From positions 558,001-622,000 of the forward strand of contig CAKKNE010000004.1 of assembly GCA_918797485.1 (NCBI GenBank): a stretch of 64,000 nucleotides of DNA, written 5' to 3'. Positions within the stretch are counted from its first letter, which is position 1; each line of letters begins with the position of its first letter. Positions 10,994 to 21,867 of this stretch are shown in pieces. A program made the translations under genes and the position numbers. The stretch is from Pelagomonas calceolata. Its lineage: Eukaryota. The notes under the pieces are model-generated. The model searched no databases. It was given only the letters and a program-made list of their open reading frames with translations, and was not told where the DNA came from.

Positions 10994-12115
10994 TTAGAGC
11001 GGCAGCAGCTTCCAGCGCCCCCGGTCCGCGCCGAGCAATTCCAACCGCTGCGCCACCGAACCACTCTCTCCGGGCGCCGCGTCGAACTTGACCTCGACGG
11101 AGCCGTCCTCCGTGTCGCCCGTGCGCCAGAGCACGCCGCACTCGCCGGGGCACCAGCCGGCGGCGTCGGACCACCAATAAGCTAAACGGCGGCCCGGGCG
11201 TAAGGCCGCGAAGGCGAGCGGCGCGTCGACGGGGCACGGACAGGGCGGCGGCGGCGTCGACGATGCACCCAACGCGCAGGCCGCGGAAAGCTCCCGATGG
11301 AGAGGTCTCAAAAACCGCTGGACGGCAGCGTACCTCCTAGCTGCTGATCTAGTTGCCAGGCATCTCCGTCGCAACTCGTCCGGGGCGTCAACTAACGATA
11401 GACACAAGAACGACAGCCGCCGATCCCTTTCTTCGTCCGCCTCGTCGTCGTCTTTGCTCACAGCTTCCAGCAGCCGCCGCTTCATGCGCGCGTACTCGCC
11501 CTCATTTAGCTCAGTGCCAAAGGGATCAATGGCGCCGAGCGTCGGCCTTAATTTATCACAAAGCTCTAAGGTAGCTTCCAGTAAATCCACGCAGTCATTT
11601 CTAGCTTTCGACGTCGACGGCTCGTCCTCCTCGATGACGTCGTAGGCCGCTAGCACGTCGTCGGCGTAGAGAAAATCCGTGTCCTCCAGAGTTGATGCTT
11701 CGCGCGCCGTGTACGGGAAGGCCTTGGCTACTCTACCTAATGATACTCGAGCGTTCGACGAGGTGCACGACGCCACCACCGCCGCCTGGCCCTCGTCGCT
11801 CACCTCGGCGAGCCTTACATCGACGACGCAGCCTATCGGTTCGTCCTCACCGTCACCGATCACGACGACGAGGGCGCCGTACTGCTGCAGATCTCTTACG
11901 AGCTGGGCGTTCGCGGCGCCCTCGGGCTGGTATCTTAGCGTGCGGCTCGATCCCGGGACGGGTAGTGGTGTGGCCGGCGAGTCGGGCGGGCGGTAGACTG
12001 GTAAAGTGCGTTTTCGTCTGACTGACGAGCCTCGATTGCCGAAGGCGTTCTGGAATCTGGACGTTGGACGGTCTAACGCGTAGGCGGCTGCGATGAGTGG
12101 TAAGAGCCGCGCCAT
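10994..12115 (-). CDS. Lon protease substrate-binding (LON_N)-like domain protein with signal peptide
   Basis: Start MARLLPLIAAAYA. LPV...PLPVPGS...LRYQPE, PY..A and a helical LSF...RRRCLATRS segment resemble LON_substr_bdg. Confidence 0.65.
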   Translation of the reverse strand: MARLLPLIAAAYALDRPTSRFQNAFGNRGSSVRRKRTLPVYRPPDSPATPLPVPGSSRTLRYQPEGAANAQLVRDLQQYGALVVVIGDGEDEPIGCVVDVRLAEVSDEGQAAVVASCTSSNARVSLGRVAKAFPYTAREASTLEDTDFLYADDVLAAYDVIEEDEPSTSKARNDCVDLLEATLELCDKLRPTLGAIDPFGTELNEGEYARMKRRLLEAVSKDDDEADEERDRRLSFLCLSLVDAPDELRRRCLATRSAARRYAAVQRFLRPLHRELSAACALGASSTPPPPCPCPVDAPLAFAALRPGRRLAYWWSDAAGWCPGECGVLWRTGDTEDGSVEVKFDAAPGESGSVAQRLELLGADRGRWKLLPL

Positions 12116-12508
12116 GCTGCTGCGGCGGCGTCTGGCTGCTCCAGGCTGTGGAGGTCTGCAGGTGGAGGTGCTGCACCGGCGCTTTGGCAGGCCTCGGGCG
12201 CGTTGAGGATGTCGAGACCGCACCGTGGGTGGCTATAACGACAACGCTGGCTGCCCAGCGCCCTTCGCACGGCTCCAGAGACCCTGGCAGAAAAAAATTA
12301 ATCGTAAAAGCTAGCGTGATGTAACGCACTTTAAATGCTAAAGGTGGGCGCGCCACCTCGATATTTGGCGGTATAGCTCAACGTTTCGCTCTCGGGCGCT
12401 GTACACAGACCGACAGCACTGCCATACATCCGACGAGGTGAGAAATCACCTCTCGCACGCCGACGACGCGCCAACTAAGCATCCGCTCTCCCTACCGCCT
12501 TTAAAATC

Positions 12509-13402
12509 ATGGCCGACGAGCCACGCCGCAGCCCGCGCAAGCAGAAGCAGAAGTCTCTGGACTCGTTTTTTAAACCCAAAGCCAAGAAACCGAAGCCGGC
12601 GCCCGCGAAACCGCCCGCCGACGTAGCCGAGGCCGCGAAACCCGCCGACGGCAAGGCGCGCGCCCAGCAAAACAAGAAGGCCGCGCAGCAGACGCTAGCG
12701 AGGAACTTTTTGAAACCCTTACAGGACCAGGGCTGGCGCGACGCGCTCGACGGCGAGACCTCGAAACCGTACCTCTTCCAGCTCGCCCAATTCGTGGCCA
12801 AGGAACGCAAGGCGAAAACCGTGTATCCTCCCCCAGAGCACACCTTCGCGGCCTTAGACGCCTGCAAGTTGGATGATGTCAAAATTGTCATCGTCGGCCA
12901 GGACCCGTACCACGGTCCTGGGCAAGCTCATGGGTTGTGTTTTAGCATTGCGGACGGCGCGGACTGCAAGTTTCCCCCTTCTTTGAGAAACATCTTCGTC
13001 GAGTTGGCTCGGGACCTGCCGGGGACGACGCTCCCCCCGAAGGGCAAGGGCGACCTTACGAAGTGGGCGCAGCGCGGCGTGTTGCTACTGAACTCGTCCT
13101 TGACGGTCCGCCGGGGCGAGGCGAACTCCCACGCCAAGGCCGGCTGGCACACCTTCACGGACGCGGTTATTAGAACGGTCAATAGAAGACAAAAAGGCGC
13201 CGTCTTCATATTGTGGGGCAAACCCGCGCGGGACAAGTGCAGTTCCATCAACCGCACGCGCCACCGCGTCATCGAGTCGTCGCACCCTAGTCCTCTCAGC
13301 AACACGAAGACGGCGACGCCGTTTACCGGTAGCGGCGTCTTCTCGCGCGCGAACGCGCTGCTCGGCGAGCTGGGCTGGGGACCCGTGGACTGGAACTTGT
13401 AA
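12509..13402 (+). CDS. UNG: Uracil-DNA glycosylase, family 1
   Basis: GQDPYH, PPSLRNI, GVLLLN and HPSPLS motifs; N-terminal PIP-box-like QKSLDSFF. Confidence 0.97.
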   Translation: MADEPRRSPRKQKQKSLDSFFKPKAKKPKPAPAKPPADVAEAAKPADGKARAQQNKKAAQQTLARNFLKPLQDQGWRDALDGETSKPYLFQLAQFVAKERKAKTVYPPPEHTFAALDACKLDDVKIVIVGQDPYHGPGQAHGLCFSIADGADCKFPPSLRNIFVELARDLPGTTLPPKGKGDLTKWAQRGVLLLNSSLTVRRGEANSHAKAGWHTFTDAVIRTVNRRQKGAVFILWGKPARDKCSSINRTRHRVIESSHPSPLSNTKTATPFTGSGVFSRANALLGELGWGPVDWNL

Positions 13403-13537
13403 GTATCTATGGGGGTCTTTCGCGTCGATGGCGTGTACGCGTGCGAGCCGATTCGCGTGCGGGTTCGTCGGCTGATGCCAGTGATGGAGTCGCCTTGCCA
13501 AGCTGCGTAGCTCGCCGCTGCCTCCACCCCCGCCAGC

Positions 13538-14659
13538 ATGGGGAAGAAGTCCCTCAGGGCCAAAAAATGGTTCGGCCGCGGAGGCCACCAGCGTTACGCG
13601 GGACGGCCTGTAGACGCAGACCTCCTAAACACCACAAGAGCCTCCGAAGCTAGGGGTTTCGCAGTGAAACCGCGCGTCCCCGTTGCCTCCAAAGTTGTGG
13701 AAGCGGGCACGTTCACGCGCGCGTCGGAGGAGACGCTGAGGCAGCGACGCATCGTGAGCGTGGCCGGACGGTTCAAGGGCGGCGGCGGCGCGCCCGGCGG
13801 GAGCGGTTCAAAGGCCCATCGAGAAGCTCCTGCTCGCTTGTTCGATCGCGTCGAGCTCAAGGACATGGAGGCCCACCGCGAGAAGCTCGTGGCCGAGCTC
13901 GTGAAACAGAAGTCCTGGACAGTCGGCGGCGCGGGCCTCGCGTCCAACAAGGAACTCATGGACAGACTCGAGGCCACGAAAATAGAGCTTACCGACGAAA
14001 CCAGACCGCGTGCAATCTCGGTTGCCCTCGCAAATGCCAGAGCCGCTATCAATGCCATCCCGTCTCACCGAGAGTCGTCGGTCTGTACATCAACCTGCGC
14101 GTCAAGCGCCTTGCCGTACCGTACGCCTTCCGGCGACACACGAACCATGACAGACGATATTGATACCATGACAGATTACGAGCTTAATGTTACTGTGGCT
14201 CTCGTGGCTCTCCGGGAAACGGTCGTACTCAACAATAACGACAGAGCCGATTTTGGGGAGTATTTGGATGGCCTCGGGCTCCGAGACCGACCCGCTGGTC
14301 CGGAATTTGTGATGGAGACCATCGCGTCCTGGCACCGTCTACGAAAGCACTGGCCACGGATGCGGCGCAGAATCTGCTCGTATTGTGGAAAGAGAAGTGA
14401 CCCCTCCGAACCGCGGCTCCTGGTCTGCGGGGGCTGCGGTGAGGGCCGCGGCGTGGGTCGATATTGTTCGGTGGCCTGCCAACGCGACCACTGGCCCGAA
14501 CACCAGAAGAAGTGCTCTATGTTCCATGCAACGCCTCACACGATGCTCCGAAACAAGTCGGGGCGGGACTCCTTTTTGAATGGGTGTATGGAGTCTATTA
14601 AGAACGGGCTCACGCTGGAGGAAGCGGTAGAAGATAGGCTGTGTAAAAGCATGTTGTAG
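13538..14659 (+). CDS. MYND-type zinc finger protein (start uncertain: 13538 or 13865)
   Basis: CSYC...CGGC...RYCSVACQRDHWPEHQKKC. Confidence 0.8.
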   Translation: MGKKSLRAKKWFGRGGHQRYAGRPVDADLLNTTRASEARGFAVKPRVPVASKVVEAGTFTRASEETLRQRRIVSVAGRFKGGGGAPGGSGSKAHREAPARLFDRVELKDMEAHREKLVAELVKQKSWTVGGAGLASNKELMDRLEATKIELTDETRPRAISVALANARAAINAIPSHRESSVCTSTCASSALPYRTPSGDTRTMTDDIDTMTDYELNVTVALVALRETVVLNNNDRADFGEYLDGLGLRDRPAGPEFVMETIASWHRLRKHWPRMRRRICSYCGKRSDPSEPRLLVCGGCGEGRGVGRYCSVACQRDHWPEHQKKCSMFHATPHTMLRNKSGRDSFLNGCMESIKNGLTLEEAVEDRLCKSML

Positions 14660-14723
14660 ATAGAAAATGCAGCCTCTGGACACGCCGTCGACGCAACATC
14701 TGCGAGACAAATACGAGCATGTA

Positions 14724-16502
14724 TTACTCCCCCTTCGACACGTTCCGCAGCAGAAAGAACACCGCGCCGCCGACCGCGCCCGCAACGCTCACGCCGGCCG
14801 CCGCGATCCGCACGGCCCGCCGCCGCATCTGGATCCTACGGGCTACCCGCGCGGCGTCCGCATGCACGAGAGACGTCTCGACCTCGCGCAGCGCGGCCGC
14901 GGACCGCACCTCGGCGGCCCGCGCGGCCTCGGCCTCGGCCGCGAGTTGGGCCGCGCGCTCCTGCGCCGCGCGCGCCTTCTCGGCCTCCGCCGCTCGAGCT
15001 TGCGCCTCCTTCTTTTGAGATCTCCCCACCCAGGACCGCAGATCAAACGCCGTCGCGTTGAGCTTCGCCTCGTAGTCTCTCCGCAAATTCTCGAGCGCCT
15101 CCTCTAAAGCGGTGCGTTGATCGACCTCCTCCCGATACAGACCCCGCAGATTGTCGACCTCGGCCGCCGCGTCCTGCATCTGTTCCTCCTGTTCCTCCTT
15201 CAGCTGCCGTTCTCGCTCCTGAAGTGCCTGCTCCTTCTCCTCGAGTTTGATTCGCAGCGCCTCGGCCTCCGCGGCGGCCTTGGCCGCGCCGTCGTCGTCC
15301 TGCTGCCTCCGCCGCTTCTTTTTTGGTGGAGGCGCCTCCTCCTCGACGGCCGCCTCCTCCGCGACCGGCTTCGGCCGCCGGCCGAACCAGCCCCGCTTCT
15401 TCGGCGCGGGCGCCACCGGCGCCTCGGGCTTCTTCTCGCCCCGCGAGAACATCTTGCGCCAGACCCAGCGCAAAAAGGACGGCTTCGGTGCTGCTTCTTC
15501 CGCGAGGAGGCCGTCGTTGCTCTTCTTACCGAGGAGCCGCGCGAGTAAGGAGCGCTTCTTGGTCGGCGCGGGCGCGGGCTCGACGGCCTCCTCCTCCTTT
15601 GCGGGGGTCTCGGCGGCCTCGGCGGCGCCGTCCCAGTCCACGTCGTCCGACGGAGCGGGCTCGGGGGCCGCTTCCGGCTCGGCGGCGGCGGCGGCAGCGG
15701 CGGCGGCCTCGGCCTCCGCGGCGCGCTGGGCCTCGGCCTCCTCGCGCGCCCGCGCCTCAGCGGCGGCCTGCGCCGCGGCGGCCTCCTGCTGCGCCTGCGC
15801 CTGCGCCTGCGCCGCGGCCTGCGCCTCCGCCTGCTGCCGCTGGGCGTACTGCGCGGCCTGCTGCTGCTGCACCGCGTCCGCGTTCGCCGCGAGCGCGGCG
15901 GCCCGAGCTTCTTCCGCTGCTTGGGGCGAGGCGACGCCGGGCTTGGCCCAGGGCGGGCGCTGCGCGTGCTGCGGCTGGGGTTGGTGTGCCCACGGCGGCG
16001 TCTGCGCCTGGGCGGCGGCCTGTTGCGCCTGCTGCGCCTGCTGTGCCTGCTGCGCCTGCTGCGCCTGGGCGGCGGCGGCCTCAGCGGGCGTCCGCGGCGG
16101 CTGCGCGCCCGCCTGTTGGGCGCGCGCGTTCGCGGCGAGTGCGGCGGCCCGCGCCTCCTCGGCCGCACGCGGGTCCGCGACGCCGGGCTTGGCCCAGGGC
16201 GCCTGTTGCTGCTGCTGTTGTTGTTGTTGCGGCGCCGGCGGCTGGGGGGGCGTCGACGGCCGGAGGCGCGAGACCGAGGGGGACTGTGGCCGCGCAGCCG
16301 GCGCGGCGCCCTGTGCAGCATCGATTTGCCAGCTCGTGCGGCCCGTCGCCCGGTCCACAAAGTACTGGCGGCCGGCCTGGTCCCACGCTGGCTCCCACAC
16401 GACGCCGCTCCGGTCGACGACGCGCGCGCCCTGCTGCGGCGGCGCGGGCTGGTTGGCGCGCGACATGCGTACCAGCGCGAGCAGAGCGAGGACGCGCGGC
16501 AT
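14724..16502 (-). CDS. Signal peptide + WW domain + Q/A-rich repeats + coiled coil + C-terminal TM protein
   Basis: WEPAWDQAGRQYFVDRATGRTSW (WW). Duplicated PWAKPGVAxPxAAEEARAAALAANA. C-terminal hydrophobic helix. Confidence 0.8.
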   Translation of the reverse strand: MPRVLALLALVRMSRANQPAPPQQGARVVDRSGVVWEPAWDQAGRQYFVDRATGRTSWQIDAAQGAAPAARPQSPSVSRLRPSTPPQPPAPQQQQQQQQQAPWAKPGVADPRAAEEARAAALAANARAQQAGAQPPRTPAEAAAAQAQQAQQAQQAQQAQQAAAQAQTPPWAHQPQPQHAQRPPWAKPGVASPQAAEEARAAALAANADAVQQQQAAQYAQRQQAEAQAAAQAQAQAQQEAAAAQAAAEARAREEAEAQRAAEAEAAAAAAAAAEPEAAPEPAPSDDVDWDGAAEAAETPAKEEEAVEPAPAPTKKRSLLARLLGKKSNDGLLAEEAAPKPSFLRWVWRKMFSRGEKKPEAPVAPAPKKRGWFGRRPKPVAEEAAVEEEAPPPKKKRRRQQDDDGAAKAAAEAEALRIKLEEKEQALQERERQLKEEQEEQMQDAAAEVDNLRGLYREEVDQRTALEEALENLRRDYEAKLNATAFDLRSWVGRSQKKEAQARAAEAEKARAAQERAAQLAAEAEAARAAEVRSAAALREVETSLVHADAARVARRIQMRRRAVRIAAAGVSVAGAVGGAVFFLLRNVSKGE

Positions 16503-16706
16503 GGCTAACCTCCTTTGCGCGCCGCTGGCTGGTTTCTATTTTAAATGCAATTGGGCCTCGCCGCAAAAGGCTGGTTTGTACGGTGCTGGGACCCGAACTC
16601 GTGCGCCAGCGCGAATTCGCAGTGCAGAGACGACCTAGAAAGGCGCCAGTCGCACCGCTAGGGGCTCGCGGCCGAGCACTGGCTTTAGCCTCCGCTGGAA
16701 TGATTA

Positions 16707-16729
16707 GCTAGCGGCATGTAGACACTAGC
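16707..16729 (-). promoter_or_regulatory. Recurrent GCTAG...CTAGC element
   Basis: gctagcggcatgtagacactagc, about 200 bp upstream of the minus-strand ATG at 16502. Confidence 0.55.
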
Positions 16730-16899
16730 AAGCAAGCAGCAGCCCTTGGGTCTGAAGACCACGTACAGTCATTACGCTTGCTCCGCGGGACGCCTCCTGA
16801 GTCGGCCAAAATCCCGGGCGAAAAACCCGAGGCCGCGAAGTGTCCTCGAGTATAAATCCGGGCCCTGCGCGAGAACCGCGCGCGGAGACCGCTTCAGAT

Positions 16900-18243
16900 C
16901 TCGAAAACAAGAGGATCGTCCGTTAAAAAACCGCCGGCCCGCGCCGCCGGGCGCGGGCGCGGCAAGAGCTCGGGCTCGGGCGGAGCAAAAAAAAAGAGCT
17001 CAAGGGGCCCAGCGAGTAAACGCGCTCCTGCGCGCCGAGAGCAGGGCGAAAAGCGCGAAAAGCGTAAGCGACGCCGTCGCGGCGACGCCGCCGACGAGCA
17101 ATCACGTTCAGGAGAGGAGGCGCACGGCCGTGGCGCGGCCGGCGTAAATGAAAATGACGTACCGCGCGAGAAGAAGCCGCGAGAAACAGAACAAGGACAG
17201 GAAGCACAAGTTCCGGCCGGGCCTCTGAGGGGGGCGGCCGGTGAAAACCGTGACACTGGTCCAGTTTTGCGTACGCCAGAGTCGATTGGACTCTCACCGG
17301 GGAGAAAAGCCGGCGGCAAGAGAGTGAGAGATGCACAAGTGTCGCGTGGAGACGCGATCAGTACGACCTTGGCGGATGGTGACGCAAGCCAGGTCGAGAA
17401 CGACCCTCCAGAAGGGGAGAACGCCGAGGTTCGCCAGGACGGGAATAGTGATGATGCGGGCGAGCCTGCGGCAAAGAAAGCGAGGGAAGAGTCGGGCCAG
17501 GAGACGGCGCCGGCTCCGGATGAGTCGCAGAACAACGCCGACGGTGAAGCGTCGGACGTGCAAGATCCAGCAACGGTGCTGGCCAACTCGATCCGGGGGT
17601 TCCTGAGGCGTTACCTCAAGAATTACCTAAAGTACGACCGGGTTGCAGGTCGTGCGAGAAAATTGACGGCGGGCGTGCTGCGGGCCGCGTTTAGCCGCCA
17701 GCAGCTTCAGGACCTGGTCGCGGCCCAGAAACGGGGACCAATAATGTGGACGCGGACGCCGCGGCATCGGCCATCGCCGATGTACACGAAATGGTTCGTC
17801 CTTTGAGGGATCTGTACGGCGTGCAGTGGTCCAGATTCGACGCCCTCCTGGCGGCCGCCGTGCGTGCGATGGCGGCGGCGCGGGCGCGCGGCGACGACCG
17901 CCGCCTGTTCAGCGCGGAGACGCTCGCTGCTGCTTTGATCAATGGCAAGGACGTGCTAAAGTTCGGGTCCACTTCGATATGGCCGTTCCTGGACCTGCTG
18001 AAGAAGAGAAACGCTCGGGCTTGCCAAGTACGGTCCAAGCTCGCGGGCGTGCTGGACGGTGGCGCGGACGAGTACACGCTACCGAGTCGGGAGGAGGTCG
18101 AGGCCGAGCTCGATGCCGCGCGCGCGGCCGCCGCTGCAAACGCGCCGCCGCCGCCGCCGCCGGCGCCGGCGCCGCCAGCGCCTCGCGAACGGTCGACGCG
18201 CGCCAAGCGTAACCCGCGGGCCGGGTGGAACAGGTACGGTTAG
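16900..18243 (+). pseudogene. Possible degenerate or frameshifted gene for a basic/acidic low-complexity protein
   Basis: A long open frame from about 16855 to 17806 has no ATG until its very end. Protein-like sequence switches to the 17746..18243 frame near 17730-17745, where I see no convincing intron. Confidence 0.35.
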
Positions 18244-18479
18244 ACGAAGGAGGCGCCGTACCTCGAGAACATGCCGATGAGTAAGGAGCGCATGATGGGA
18301 TATCACAAGAGTAGATAGTCTCCGCCGTCTCGCGGACTGCCCCGGGCACGTCACAACCGTCGCTAGTCTTTATCTACGCGCCAGCACCGCTAGGGACGTC
18401 GCTAGGGGTCAGCAGCCGAGCACTGCTTGCAGCTTCCAGATGGAGGTCGCTAGCGTAGCTAGCGTACTAGCCTTGAAAC

Positions 18480-19820
18480 TTAGTCGAGCCCCGCCTCCTC
18501 CTCGGGAATCGGCGGCGTCTCCCGCGACGAGTCGGAGCCAGCGCGCGGCGTGCCAGAGATCAACGAGCCGCCGCCCTCGAGCGACGAGTCGCACATCCAC
18601 GCGGGCGGCCCCGTGCTCTCAGCGTCCTTGGCCGGCGTGTCCTGGAGAAAGATCGGCCGCGCGTCTTTCCGCCGATCCGCCGCTGCTCTGGAAATGGCGT
18701 CCGCGAGGGGCGATTTCAGTTCAGCCTCCACCGAAGCGTGGGCGGACACGGAATCCATGCGCACCAAGTCCTGGGAGGCGTCCGAGACCTGGGCCGAGGC
18801 GCCCAGCGTATGCGCTCCAAGATCGGCGGAAGCACCCACATGCGAGGACGCCTCCGAGGGAGCGGCGTCGTGGCGCTGGATTTGAGTTCTTTGGGAAGAC
18901 GCCACGGAGGCGTCGAAGGCCGATTGGCGCGACAGGCGCGAGGTCGGCGGCGAGTCGGACCGCGTCGGCTGCGGCGCCTCCGGCGGTCGCAGTTCGGTCC
19001 GCAGATTCTCCACGGCCTGCAGGACGTCCACACCGTTTGAGGCCGTGCGCAGCTCCTCGATCCTCTCCGCCAACATGGCTACTTCCGCTCTCAGCGAATC
19101 CTCGCGCGGCGCCGCGAGCAGAGCGGCCGCCTCCATGCTCTTCGCGGCATCTAACATTTTCTCCTTATCGTCCTTCAGCGCCTTGACATCGTCCACCAAA
19201 CCACCTATGGTACCCTTGGCGGCGTTTAATTCACTTTCCATCCGACTGACCGCACCGGGCACCGTTTTCAGTTCTGAAGCGATGGCATCGATTCTCGTCG
19301 ATACTTGCGCTTGTATCGCGTCCGTGACCGTCTGAGAAATGGTGCTTTCCATCCTATCCAACCTCAATTCCATCTGCTCCGCCCGCTTCAACACCTGGGC
19401 GCCCTGGGCTCTGGCTGCTTTCGCCTCCGCTACAGCCTGCCGTTGTTCGGTGCGTAGCGCTTCTATTTTACCGATCGGGTCCGCGTCGAGGAGCTGTGTT
19501 AGTTTGGCATACAATGCGAGCGTGGCTTCATCCAACCCGTCGCTCCGCGGCATGCCCCTCGCGGCGGCTTGTGCGGTTGCGCCGTGGAGCGAGTCCAATC
19601 TCGCCGCCAGCGCCGCGACGTGGGCGTCTTTCGCAAGATCCAACGGCTTCCGCGTCGGCCCTCTTCCCAACACCCCAAACGGTATTGTATCGGCCGGACC
19701 GGGCGCCGGCTCCTGGAGGCCGGCACGTATGTTTGCGGTGGTCCGGGCATAGAACTCGCTCTTGGGCAGCGCCTGGCGCATCAGCAGGACGCCGTAGCCG
19801 GCCTTGGTGGCCTCGTCCAT
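18480..19820 (-). CDS. Coiled-coil protein of unknown function
   Basis: 446-aa ATG-initiated ORF with a heptad-rich middle. Confidence 0.7.
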   Translation of the reverse strand: MDEATKAGYGVLLMRQALPKSEFYARTTANIRAGLQEPAPGPADTIPFGVLGRGPTRKPLDLAKDAHVAALAARLDSLHGATAQAAARGMPRSDGLDEATLALYAKLTQLLDADPIGKIEALRTEQRQAVAEAKAARAQGAQVLKRAEQMELRLDRMESTISQTVTDAIQAQVSTRIDAIASELKTVPGAVSRMESELNAAKGTIGGLVDDVKALKDDKEKMLDAAKSMEAAALLAAPREDSLRAEVAMLAERIEELRTASNGVDVLQAVENLRTELRPPEAPQPTRSDSPPTSRLSRQSAFDASVASSQRTQIQRHDAAPSEASSHVGASADLGAHTLGASAQVSDASQDLVRMDSVSAHASVEAELKSPLADAISRAAADRRKDARPIFLQDTPAKDAESTGPPAWMCDSSLEGGGSLISGTPRAGSDSSRETPPIPEEEAGLD

Positions 19821-20328
19821 CGCGTGGCGTTCGCGTGGCGTTGGCGCACCGCCTTTGCCTTCGCACCGGCATCAACTGGCGCGCCGAACCGTCCGGTTAA
19901 TCAATCTCGATTCTTCTTTGGATGCGTTTGGATATATGCGTTGAGGCCTGTGCCCGCCGCCGACGCTCGCATTTGTTTTGCTAGTGTGCTTATCTAGTGT
20001 GCTGCTGGATTGCCTTTTGGTCGCGTACAGCTTCAAGCGTGTTATCTGTGTAGCACGCCAGCGGTACGAGGCATTTTTGTGGCTGCTTGGAGCTGCTGTC
20101 CTTTTTTCGCCGGCCTGGCCCTTGGATGAGCCAAAAAACGCGACTGCCCAAGCAGCCTGTGCTTACGATAAATATGGAAACGTGAACGTGGGAGGAGAAA
20201 GGGCCGCGCGAGGATATTGTCGAGGACGAAACCAAGCGCGGAGACGCAATTGCTGGCGCATTTTTCGCGCTCATCGTCGCCGTGTCGTGTGGCCGGCAGT
20301 GCAGTGGCTGCTGCGGCTGAGCTAAACA

Positions 20329-21426
20329 ATGCGCCGGCTGCTAGCACTGCTCGCGGCCGCCACTGCGATCCAGTGGGACGCCGCCTGGCGCCGCATCGTG
20401 CCTAAAGTAGAAACAACCTGGAGCGAAGCCTCAATCATGCGCAACGTCGCGCCCGAGGCTGTTGGAGCCGTCACGACGGCGACGCTCGACGCCCACGTTT
20501 TGAATGGTGGCTTCCTCAGCGCGCGGCGCGGTGCACCAAGTGCCGAGTACGGCTGGGAGACGGAACCGTTCCAGATGCGTTCAGGGACATCAAAAGCGCT
20601 GGAAGGCCGCGGCACCTTGATACTCAACGGCGTCGCGGAAACAATTCCGGAGTGCGCGCGCTGCGCTTTGGCAGCTCTGGACGCCTTCGAAGCCCCATGT
20701 TCACTAAATTGCTACGCCACGGGCCCAGGTACAAAGGTGGCGGCGCCGCCGCACGCCGACGCCCAGGGCGTGCTGGTACTACAGACCTGTGGCAGTCAGC
20801 GCTGGCGCGTCTGGGACGGCCGGCCGTTTTATGCCTCTGAGCTGAATACAAAGTTGACGGCGGGCAAAGGGGCTCCATTGACACTTGAAGAACCATTTCT
20901 AGACGTCATACTCAAGGAGGGCGACGCTCTCTACGCGCCGGCGGGCTGGCCTCATGCCACGTCGACCCTAGAAGACACTTCCGTGCACCTGACGCTCGGG
21001 CTCGATCATGCTATCTTCGGCTTGGATAGGTTCTCTCTGGCGAGGGCGCTCGCGGCGCGCGACAGCGGCTCTAGATTAGAAGTGGACGACGCCGTCGCGC
21101 TGCCGTTCTGGTCGCCCATGAACGTCGGCGCCACTCTCCAATACCTCGAGCGTAGCGACGCCGCCGCGCGCGACGTCGCCGTGGCCTTCGCGGCGCACGC
21201 GTATCGCATCGTCGAGGCCCAAGCGCGGCTCTACGAATTCGAGGACGCGTCGCCGGAGGCATGGCGTCAGCGGTGGCGGCGCTGGGCCGATGAATCGTGC
21301 CGTTATGTCATGGCGCACAACCAATTCATCGCGGGCGACGCCTTCGCGCTCGAGGACCCCGACCCTGAAATGGCGGAACAGAACGACCTCTTTTCCCGGA
21401 GAGAGCTCGAGCAGCAGGGGTACTAA
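20329..21426 (+). CDS. JmjC/cupin-4 (NO66/RIOX-like) 2OG-Fe oxygenase with signal peptide
   Basis: NCYATGPG...PPHADAQGVLVLQTCGSQRWRVW...LKEGDALYAPAGWPH...SVHLTLG contains the HxD...H metal triad. Confidence 0.85.
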   Translation: MRRLLALLAAATAIQWDAAWRRIVPKVETTWSEASIMRNVAPEAVGAVTTATLDAHVLNGGFLSARRGAPSAEYGWETEPFQMRSGTSKALEGRGTLILNGVAETIPECARCALAALDAFEAPCSLNCYATGPGTKVAAPPHADAQGVLVLQTCGSQRWRVWDGRPFYASELNTKLTAGKGAPLTLEEPFLDVILKEGDALYAPAGWPHATSTLEDTSVHLTLGLDHAIFGLDRFSLARALAARDSGSRLEVDDAVALPFWSPMNVGATLQYLERSDAAARDVAVAFAAHAYRIVEAQARLYEFEDASPEAWRQRWRRWADESCRYVMAHNQFIAGDAFALEDPDPEMAEQNDLFSRRELEQQGY

Positions 21427-21450
21427 TGTCTTGTGTCTTAAAAAGGAGAC

Positions 21451-21867
21451 CTACATGCGCACGCCGAAGTCGTGGTACGACGTGACGCCCTTGGCGTCGC
21501 ACTCCGCCCTCCATTCCGCGTTCGTCTTGGTAGAAGGCGCGTTGCCCGCCTTGGCGCCCGCGAGCACGGCGGAGCCGAACTGGTACTCGGCGATGGGCTC
21601 CTCCGCGATCTCGTCCTGGGACCCGCCCATGCTCATGTAGAGCGTGTTCGCGGCCAGGATGAACACGACGAGGCCGGCAATCGGCCCAAACTGCTGGACG
21701 TCCGCCGTGACCTGGACGCCGCCGACCTCGTAGAGCTCCCGGTAGGCCGTGACCAGCGACGAGGCGTCCATGTTGACCGGCGCGACGCGCGGCGCCACAG
21801 CTTGTCTAGGTGCCATGAAGGCCGAGACCGAGGTCGCCAATGCTAGGATCAAGGCAGCGGCGCGCAT
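21451..21867 (-). CDS. Small plastid-targeted membrane protein
   Basis: MRAAALILALATSVSA-FMAP (ASAF-type bipartite presequence) and one TM segment. Confidence 0.8.
   Translation of the reverse strand: MRAAALILALATSVSAFMAPRQAVAPRVAPVNMDASSLVTAYRELYEVGGVQVTADVQQFGPIAGLVVFILAANTLYMSMGGSQDEIAEEPIAEYQFGSAVLAGAKAGNAPSTKTNAEWRAECDAKGVTSYHDFGVRM

Noticed and set aside
15680..16230. CAG/GCG microsatellite-like tracts
   Set aside because: They encode ordinary poly-Q/poly-A low-complexity protein.
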